NCBI GenBank assembly: GCA_963743355.1
Contig: CAVUPM010000001.1
Location: 849,736 to 913,735, forward strand
Length of the DNA stretch: 64,000 bases
Source of the DNA: an uncultured Candidatus Rokubacteria bacterium
GTDB taxonomy: Bacteria; Methylomirabilota; Methylomirabilia; Rokubacteriales; CSP1-6
Direction: 5' to 3'
Numbering within the stretch: position 1 is the first letter of the stretch; every line of letters begins with the position of its first letter. The position numbers and the translations under genes are program-made. This document shows positions 8,950 through 16,900 of this stretch, piece by piece. The notes under the pieces were generated by a model that was given only the letters and a program-made list of their open reading frames with translations, was not told the DNA's origin and did no database searches.

Positions 8950-10173
8950 ATGCGCGTCACCACGGTGGTTCTCGGCGATCTCGGGCGCAGTCCCCGCATG
9001 CAGTACCATGCGGAAGCCCTCGCGGCCCATCACGTCGACGTGGACGTCGTCGCCTGCGGGGGCAGTGCCGTTCACGCGGAGCTGCGCGTCCATCCGCGGA
9101 TCACCTGTCACTTGCTGCCTCCGGCACGCGAGCGATCCCTGCCCCGCGGGCTGCTCTTGCCGGCCGCCATCTGGAGGGCCGTCGTCCAAGCACTCTGGCT
9201 AGTCTGGATGTTCGTGGCCGTTTTGCGCAAGCCTGACGTGATCCTCGTCCAGAACCCACCGGCCATCCCGACCCTCCTGGTGGTTCTGACCGCCGCCCGG
9301 CTCAGGGGCGCGCGCCTCGTCGTGGACTGGCACAACCTCGCGTGGGCGGTGCTGGCCCTCGGCATCGGCGCCCGCCACCCGGGCGTGACCCTGGCCCGCT
9401 GGTACGAGGGCGTCCTCGGCCGCCGCGCCGACGCCCACCTGTGCGTGTCGGACGCGCTCGCGGCCGAGCTGACGCGCTGGGGCATGCGCCCGGTCAGCGT
9501 CCTGCGCGACCGTCCAGCCGCGCGCTTCGCGCCGCTCGACGCCGCCGCCCGGCACGTCGTGCGCCGCCGGCTCGTGGCCACGCTCGGCCTGGGAGACCGG
9601 GAGCCGGCAATCGTCGTGAGCCCGACCTCGTGGACGCGCGACGAGGACTTCGAGCTGCTGCTCGAGGCGGTTCGACGGTGCGAGGCGCTGGTGCAGGGTC
9701 GCGCGTTTCCCGAGGTGCTCGTGCTGCTCACCGGACGCGGCGCCCGGCGGGCGGGTTTCGAGGCGAGGGCGGCCGCGCTGGCCGGCCGGCGCATCCACGT
9801 GCGGACCACGTGGCTCGAGCCCGACGACTACCCGCGCGTGCTGAGCGCCGCCGACCTCGGCCTCTGCCTGCATCGCTCGGCCTCGGGTCTCGATCTGCCG
9901 ATGAAGATCGTCGACCTGCACGGGGCCGGGCTGCCGGTGTGCGCGCTCGACTACGGGCCGTGCCTGGACGAGATGCTCCGCCACGACGACACCGGCCTGC
10001 GCTTCGCCGACGCCGAGACGCTGGCCCGCCAGTGGGTGGCCCTGCTGGCGACGTTCCCCGGCCCCACGCCGGAGCTCGACCGGCTGCGCGCCAACGTGGA
10101 GAAGGCCCGCGGCACCACGTGGCGCGCGGGCTGGGAGGCCGAGGCCCGGGAGATCCTGCTCGCGCATGCGTGA
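8950..10173 (+). CDS. alg1: ALG1-like GT33 beta-1,4-mannosyltransferase
   Basis: VLGDLGRSPRMQYHA, LVQNPPAIPTL, VDWHN, VSPTSWTRDEDF, WLEPDDYP..LSAADLGLCLHRSASGLDLPMKIVD match eukaryotic ALG1 signature blocks. Confidence 0.92.
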   Translation: MRVTTVVLGDLGRSPRMQYHAEALAAHHVDVDVVACGGSAVHAELRVHPRITCHLLPPARERSLPRGLLLPAAIWRAVVQALWLVWMFVAVLRKPDVILVQNPPAIPTLLVVLTAARLRGARLVVDWHNLAWAVLALGIGARHPGVTLARWYEGVLGRRADAHLCVSDALAAELTRWGMRPVSVLRDRPAARFAPLDAAARHVVRRRLVATLGLGDREPAIVVSPTSWTRDEDFELLLEAVRRCEALVQGRAFPEVLVLLTGRGARRAGFEARAAALAGRRIHVRTTWLEPDDYPRVLSAADLGLCLHRSASGLDLPMKIVDLHGAGLPVCALDYGPCLDEMLRHDDTGLRFADAETLARQWVALLATFPGPTPELDRLRANVEKARGTTWRAGWEAEAREILLAHA

Positions 10174-12421
10174 GCGCCTGGCCGCGCGGGGCCACTGGTG
10201 GCTGGTGGCCGCCCTCGTCGTCGTCGCCTTCCTGGCCCGCACGGTGTTCCTCTTCGGCGCGGTGTTCACCAGCGCCGGCGTGAACTACCAGGACAGCGAC
10301 GCCTGGTACCACATGCGCCTCATCGAGAACCTCACGCGCAACTTCCCGCACCGCGCGAGCCTCGATCCGTACCTCGGCGCCGACGCGCCGGTGGTCGCGG
10401 TGCCGCTGCTCTTCGATCTCGCGGTCGGCGGGCTCGCGTGGGTGCTCGGGCTGGGCGCGCCGTCCACGCGAACGGTGGAGGTGGTGGGCGCACTGGTGCC
10501 GCCGATCCTCGGCGCGCTGACGCTCGTGCCGGTCTTTCTCATCGGCGAGCGGCTCTTCGACCGCCGCACCGGTCTGCTGGCCGCCGGCCTGCTGGCGATC
10601 ATGCCCGGCCAGTTCCTGGCGCGCTCCGTCCTCGGCTTCGCCGACCATCACGTGGCCGAGGCCTGCCTCACCGCGCTCACCGTGCTCGCGTGTCTGTACG
10701 CGCTCGACGCCCAGACACCGCGCCGGCGGCTCCTCGGGGCGGCGCTGACCGGCGTGGCGCTCAGCACCTACCTCATGGCCTGGAGCGGCGGCGCCTTGCT
10801 CGTCTTCGTGCTGTGCGCGTGGGGGGCGACGCAGTACATCCTGGACGACTTCCATCGCGTGGCCGACGACCGCGTGCTGCCGGTGCTGCTGCCGGCGCTG
10901 GCGATCGCGGTGGTCGTCCTGCTCGGATTGCAAGATCGCAATCTCTGGCGCTTCGCCATCCAGGTGACCTCGGTCGTGGCCGGCCTGGTGTTCGTCGTGG
11001 CGATGGCGGCCGGCCGCCGCCTCCTGCGCGCGCTGTCGGCCCCGCGCGGCGCGCTGCTGGCGTGCGCGGTCGTCATCGCCGTCGTGGGTACGGTGCTCTT
11101 CACCCTCGTGGCGCGCGATCTGACGGCACGCATCCTGTCCGACCTGCAGCGCTTCCGGCCCGGCCACACCGGGTTCACCGTGAGCGAGGTGCGCCCGCTG
11201 CTGCTCATGACGGGCTCGCTGTCCTTCGCGGTCCCCTTCGGCGTGTTCGGGCCGGCGTTCTTCGTCAGCCTGCCCGCGCTCGGCTGGCTCGCCTGGACGG
11301 CCGCGCGCACGGCCCGGCCCCCGCTGGTGCTCCTGGTGATCTGGAGCGTGCTGATGTACGCCGCCACGCTCGGGCAAAACCGCTTCGGCTACTACCTGAA
11401 CCTCGACCTCGCGCTGCTGGCCGGCTGGGCGTGCGGGATGGCGCTGGCCTGGGGCTGGGCGCCGCCGGCCGCCGCCCGCTCGCGCGCCGACGCGCGACGC
11501 GCGCGCGATCGCGCCGGCGCGCTCCCCGGCGGCTCCTGGGGGCTGCTGCGCCGCCGCATCGCGGCGGTGGCGGCCGTCGTCGCGGTCGTGTTCGCGCCCA
11601 GTGCCCTGGTCGCGCGCCCGATGGCCAGCAACAACCTGGGGCTCAGCGACGGCTACCGCGCCTCGCTCGAGTGGCTGCGCCGCAACACGCCGGAGCCGTT
11701 CCCCGATCCGGACTACTACTACGCGCGCTATCGCGCCGGCCAGACGCTGGCCCCGGCCTACACGGTGATGTCCTGGTGGGACTACGGCTACGAGATCATC
11801 CGCCTGGGGCGGCGGGTGCCGGTCGCCAACCCCACCCAGGCCGGCGCCGACGTCGCCGGGCGCTTCTTCACGGCGACCGACGAGGCGGAGGCGGCGAAGA
11901 TCCTCGACGAGCACAAGGCGCGCTACGTGGTCGCCCACGGTGAGGTGCCGATCCTGCCGCGCGGCGGGCTCGTGCAGGGCAAGTTCGAGACGCTGGCGGC
12001 GTGGGCGGGCAAGGACATCAACCGGTACTGGGAGACGTTCCTCACCAAGGACGCCAAGGGCGCACTCGGCCCGCTGGTCCTGTTCCACCCGGAGTACTAC
12101 CGGACACTGGCCGTGCGCCTCTACGTGTACGGCGGCGCCGCGGCGGTCCCCCAGGACACGACGTACGTCGTCGCCTACGTCGAGCGGCAGATGCCGGACG
12201 GCACGCGCGGCAAGGAGATCCTGGAATCGCGGCGGTTCAAGACCTACGAGGGGGCCGTCGCCTATCTCGACCGCTTCGGTCACACCGGGCGCACCATCGT
12301 CGGCCTCGATCCCAAGCAGACGCCGGTCCCGATCGAGCGGCTGACGCGCTTTCGCTTCCTGCACGAGTCGCCGGGCGCGGCGCCGGCTGTGCGCATCTTC
12401 GAATACCCCGGCCGCAGCTGA
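10166..12421 (+). CDS. aglB: STT3/AglB family oligosaccharyltransferase (archaeal AglB-like)
   Basis: DSDAWYH, GFADHH, TVSE, QNRFGYY, SWWDYG, VANPTQAG; polytopic N-terminal region and soluble C-terminal domain. Confidence 0.93.
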   Translation: MRERLAARGHWWLVAALVVVAFLARTVFLFGAVFTSAGVNYQDSDAWYHMRLIENLTRNFPHRASLDPYLGADAPVVAVPLLFDLAVGGLAWVLGLGAPSTRTVEVVGALVPPILGALTLVPVFLIGERLFDRRTGLLAAGLLAIMPGQFLARSVLGFADHHVAEACLTALTVLACLYALDAQTPRRRLLGAALTGVALSTYLMAWSGGALLVFVLCAWGATQYILDDFHRVADDRVLPVLLPALAIAVVVLLGLQDRNLWRFAIQVTSVVAGLVFVVAMAAGRRLLRALSAPRGALLACAVVIAVVGTVLFTLVARDLTARILSDLQRFRPGHTGFTVSEVRPLLLMTGSLSFAVPFGVFGPAFFVSLPALGWLAWTAARTARPPLVLLVIWSVLMYAATLGQNRFGYYLNLDLALLAGWACGMALAWGWAPPAAARSRADARRARDRAGALPGGSWGLLRRRIAAVAAVVAVVFAPSALVARPMASNNLGLSDGYRASLEWLRRNTPEPFPDPDYYYARYRAGQTLAPAYTVMSWWDYGYEIIRLGRRVPVANPTQAGADVAGRFFTATDEAEAAKILDEHKARYVVAHGEVPILPRGGLVQGKFETLAAWAGKDINRYWETFLTKDAKGALGPLVLFHPEYYRTLAVRLYVYGGAAAVPQDTTYVVAYVERQMPDGTRGKEILESRRFKTYEGAVAYLDRFGHTGRTIVGLDPKQTPVPIERLTRFRFLHESPGAAPAVRIFEYPGRS

Positions 12422-12446
12422 GCTCGACCGGACTACTCTCATGACG

Positions 12447-12543
12447 CGTGAGCCGAGCGGGTGGCGCCGGGTGCGGCCCCTCCCCCGGCGCGCCATCGGA
12501 AAGCGCGCCGGGGGGAGGGGCCGCACCCGGCGCCACCCGCCCG
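12447..12543. repeat. Long hairpin (~37-bp arms), short derivative of the 32.8-kb MITE-like element; possibly a bidirectional terminator
   Basis: GCGGGTGGCGCCGGGTGCGGCCCCTCCCCCGGCGCGC and its near-perfect reverse complement, between convergent aglB and alg2. Confidence 0.8.
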
Positions 12544-12582
12544 GGGATACGCCTACGTTCTTGTAGCAGTCTCGGTGAGCAG

Positions 12583-13779
12583 CTACCGCGGGCGAGTGAG
12601 GGCGCGCAGCGAGGTTTCGAGGCGGTCGCCGAATGCGCGGCGAGAGAAGCGCTTGCGCACGTGCGTCCAGCCGGCCTGGCCCATGCGCTGGGCGGCGGCG
12701 GGATCGCCGAGCGCTTTGGCCAGGGCGTCGGCGAACGCTTCGGGACGCGGGTCCGCGAGCCAGCCGGTTTCGCCGTGCACGATCGTCTCCGTCGGGCCAC
12801 CGCGGTTCACGGCGATCACGGGCCGGGCGGCGGCCATCGCCTCCAGCGGCACGAGGCCGAAGTGCTCGGCCAGCGGCGTGTAGACGACGCAGGCCGCGCG
12901 GGCGAGCAGCGCGCGCCGCTCGGCGTCGGATGGTGAGCGCACGAGCGAGACGTGGCCCTCGAGGCCGAGCCCAGCCGCGCGGGCCTCGAGGTCGCGCGCC
13001 AGCGCCTGGGACTCGCCCAGGCGCGGGTCGACGTGGCCGGCCAGCACGAGACGGACGGCGGCGAACGCCGCCGGCGCCAGGCGCGCGCGCAGCGCGGCCA
13101 CGGCGTCGATCGCGAGCGCCAGGTTCTTGCCGGGATCGAACCGGTTGACGGACAGCACCAGCGCCTCGCCCGCGGGCGCCGGCGGCGGCGTGTCGGCGAC
13201 CGCCACGCCCGGATACACCACCTCGATGCCCCCGATCGGCAGCCGCGGGAACGTCGCCCGCACGACGGAGGCGCTGAAGCGGCTGTTGACCAACACGCGG
13301 TCGGCGGCCTGCAGCCCGGCCGCTTCCAGGCGGTCGATCGGCGCCCGGTAGAGCGCGTAGAGCCCGCGCCGGCGCGGCGCCAGCAACAGGTCGGGAAAGT
13401 TGCAGTAGACGGCGACCGGCACCCGCACGAGGCGTCGCAGGAGCGGGATCACGTGCGGCACGAGGTCGCACAGAACGATGTCGGGCGTCGGCACCGTCCG
13501 GGCCAGCGCGCGCGCCACCCACGCGGCGCGCACGATCGCCGCCGGCGCCCGCAGCCGCTGGACGAGCTGCGTCGGCAGCAACCGCCCGACGGCGACGACG
13601 CGCACGAGCCCCGCGCGAACCTCGTCGAGCTGCGCTTCCTTGCGGTCCCCCACGAATAGTGTGACCGCGTGACCGCGGGCGCCAAGCTCGAGCGCGGCGT
13701 CCACCACGAGGCGCTCGGCCCCACCGATGCCCAGGGCGGGTCGCAGGAAGGCGATGTTGAGCGGTCGATCGCGGGTCAT
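12583..13779 (-). CDS. alg2: ALG2-like GT4 alpha-1,3/1,6-mannosyltransferase
   Basis: FLRPALGIGGAERLVVDAA, YCNFPDLLL, LYRAPIDRLE, VNSRFS, SVNRF..KNL, YTPLAEHFGLVPLEAM..PVIAVNRGGPTETI are collinear with eukaryotic ALG2. Confidence 0.9.
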   Translation of the reverse strand: MTRDRPLNIAFLRPALGIGGAERLVVDAALELGARGHAVTLFVGDRKEAQLDEVRAGLVRVVAVGRLLPTQLVQRLRAPAAIVRAAWVARALARTVPTPDIVLCDLVPHVIPLLRRLVRVPVAVYCNFPDLLLAPRRRGLYALYRAPIDRLEAAGLQAADRVLVNSRFSASVVRATFPRLPIGGIEVVYPGVAVADTPPPAPAGEALVLSVNRFDPGKNLALAIDAVAALRARLAPAAFAAVRLVLAGHVDPRLGESQALARDLEARAAGLGLEGHVSLVRSPSDAERRALLARAACVVYTPLAEHFGLVPLEAMAAARPVIAVNRGGPTETIVHGETGWLADPRPEAFADALAKALGDPAAAQRMGQAGWTHVRKRFSRRAFGDRLETSLRALTRPR

Positions 13780-13971
13780 CGAGTCGTCGGAGCCCGGTAC
13801 GAGCTTATCCGCAGCCCGCTCGGCCACCGTCGATATTCGGTAGTTCCAGCGGATAGTTAAGCTTTGGCGGGATCGGCGGGGTCGCCTGCTACGATGAAGT
13901 GTTCTTCGTCCTGAACACGGCGACGCCTTCCCGGGTCGCAGGGCCGGTACGTCCGGCGGGAGCGACTGATC

Positions 13972-16900
13972 TTGGGGGGTGTCGTGGGACCGGTCCTTCC
14001 ACGCGTCGCGTACGTCGTCCTCATCCTCGCCGTCCTCGCGAGCGCCGGCTTGGCCGACGCCGGCGTCACCCCGTTCTGGCCGGAGCTCGGCGGCTCGGGC
14101 AGCGGCACCGGGGTGAGCCAGACGCCCAGCCCCAAGGGGGTCTTCGACGGCTCGATGGCCGTGGGCGGCGACGGCCGGCCGGTGATCGTGTACACCGAGT
14201 ATCCGGACGGGACGTCGGCCCAGGGCCCCATCATCGTGAAGCGATGGACGGGCTCGACGTGGGAGACTCTCGGCGGGTCGGGCCTCGGGCCGGGGTACGA
14301 GCCGCAGGTGCAGATTTCGTCGAGCGGCTCGATCTATGTCGCCTGGCTCACCGATGACGTCGACGGCAACACCGAGGTTCGCCTGCGCGTGCGGACAGGC
14401 TCGACCTTCGACGAGCTCGACGACTCCGACTCGCCCGGCGGCGTCTCGGGGCCCAACGGCGGCATCACGCCTCCCTTCTCGCTCGCCCTCAACGCGTCGG
14501 GCAACCCGATCGTGGCGTTCCTCGGCGTCGCGGAGACGGGCATCCTGGAAATGACGACACCCGCGATCGTCGACTCGACCTTCCAGGTCTACGTGCGGCG
14601 GTGGACAGGCACCGCGTGGGAGTTCGTGGGCGGCGGCTTCGCGGGTGACGACGGCTTCTCGGGCGGCGGCGCCAGCAACGCCCGCAGCTTCACGAGCCCT
14701 CTCGGGGACATCATCCACGACGCCGACACGCCCTCGCTGGCCGTGGACGAACACGGCGAGCCGGTCGTGGCGTTCACCTACTACACGTCGATCGCCGGCT
14801 CGCCGGTGGCCAACACGGACGTCTACGTCACCCGCTGGAACGGCTCGGCGTGGGTGCCGGTCGGTCCCGCGGTGCCGGCCGCGGACGGAGCGATCGGGCG
14901 CGGCGGCGCCGGCGGAATCAGCGCCAGCACCAGCGGCTCCTTCAACCCCTCGCTCGCCGCCGATGCGACGGGCAAGCTCGCGCTGGCCTGGGAAGAGGAG
15001 CCGCTGAGCGGCGGCGTCTACATCTGGGTGCGCACGTGGAACGGCACGACCTGGGTGCAGCTCGCCAACTCGGCGGCCGGCGGCGGCCTCACCCAGGTCG
15101 ATACGTTCAACAATCTGCCCCGGATCGCCATCGACACGAACGGACGTCCCATCGTCACCTGGGCGGCGCTCGTCGCGATCGAGAACCCCACGCAGATCTT
15201 CGTCCGCCGCTGGAATGGGACCAATGCATGGGACGAGCTCGGCTTCCACTCCGCCCGCGACGCCGGCGTCAGCGACGCTGCCGTTGACGCGCTCGCGCCC
15301 GCGTTGGCCCTCACACCGCCCGGTGGCACGGTGGACGCCGGCATCCCGACGATCGCCTGGCTCGACCTGCAGGAGGGCTCCTTCCAGGTCTTCCTGAGGC
15401 AGTTCTTCTCGGGGCCGAGCTTTCCGCTGACGACGCGAGTCAGCGGCAGCGGCACGCTGACTAGCGACCCGATCGGGGTGGAGTGCTCGACCAACGCGTG
15501 CGCGGCGTCGTTCCCGAGCGGGACCAGCGTCACCCTCCTGCCCGAGGCCGGATCCGGATCGGCCTTCACCGGGTGGGCAGGCGGGTGCACGGGCAGCGGC
15601 CCCTGCAGCGTGGCCATGACGGCCGCGCGCAGCGTGAACGCGAGCTTCGTCGGGGTCCGCGGCTTGACGCTCGCCGTCGCGGTTCCGGCGGGCACCCCCG
15701 TGCAGGGCACGGTCGGCAGCGTCGTCGGGCCCGCGGGCACCTGCCTCTTCGGCGGCAGTGCCGCGTGCGTCTCCGACGTGCTGCACGGCACGCGCGTGAT
15801 CCTGCAGGCGACGCCGCCGGCGGGCAATCGGTTCCTCAACTGGACGGGCGGGCCGTGCAACGGCCGCACGAACGCCACCTGCGATTTCGTCATGAACGCC
15901 AACGTGAGCACGACGGCGCTCTTCCGGGCCGTCACCGGCGTGGCCGTGGTCAAGGTGGGCAACGGCGTCGGGACCGTCACCGGGACGGGCATCAGCTGCG
16001 GCACCGATTGCTTCCAGGAAGTCTTCACGGGCACCAGCGTGACCCTGACGCCGGTGGCGGCCACGGGCAGCAGCTTCCTCGGCTGGACGGGTGACGTCTG
16101 CAACGGCCAGGTGGCCGGCGCCTGCGTGGTCCCGACCGTCGGGCAGTTGAACCGGAGCGTCACCGCGACGTTCCAGCTCAAGAGACACGCGCTGGCGGTC
16201 ACGGCTGCCAGTACCGGCGCGGCGGTCGGCTTTGCGACCAGCAGCCCCGCCGGTATCAACTGCGGCGGTCCCGACCATACACAGTGCTCGGTCGACTACA
16301 ACTACGGGACCACCGTGGTGCTGACGCCCTCCCCGGGTGCGGACAGCAAGCTGACGTCGTGGACCGGCTGCACGAGCCTGAACGGCTCGGTCTGCAACGT
16401 GCTCTTGACGGCCAACCGTACCGTCACCGCGCGCTTCGGGGAAGCGCGCACCCTGGATGTCCAGGCCTCCGGCAACGGCAGCGGCCGCATCGTGTCGGCA
16501 ACAGCACCCGGCCTGACCTGCGTCAGCAACTGCTCGGTGTCCCAACTCTATGCCGTCAACACCTCGGTCATCCTCACGCCGCAGGCGGCGGTTGGCACCA
16601 CCTTCCAGTGGGTGGGCGGCATCTGCAGCGGCAAGGCGAGCTGCACCGCTCTCATGAGTCAGAACCGCACGGCCACCGGCCAGTTCACGCTGAACCGCCA
16701 CTCGCTGGCCGTGTTCAACCGGCCCAGCGGGAGCGTCGTCAACCTCCCGCCGTTGCCGGGCGGCACGATCAACTGCGGCAGCGGCATCTCCGTCTGCGCG
16801 GGGGTTTTCGACTACGGCACGCCGGTCACCCTGCGGGCCGCGCCGAACGACGGGTTCATCTTCGTCAACTGGACCGGCGTCACGTGCGCGGGGGGGGCGA

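Noticed and set aside
8950-13779. Eukaryotic contamination or chimeric assembly
   Set aside because: No introns, bacterial-style gene overlaps, host-like GC, and a host repeat embedded in the locus; read mapping would still be needed to exclude it fully
9728-16701. Very long minus-strand ORFs (1264 and 1372 aa)
   Set aside because: Antisense or shadow frames typical of high GC; only 12583-13779 carries real motifs
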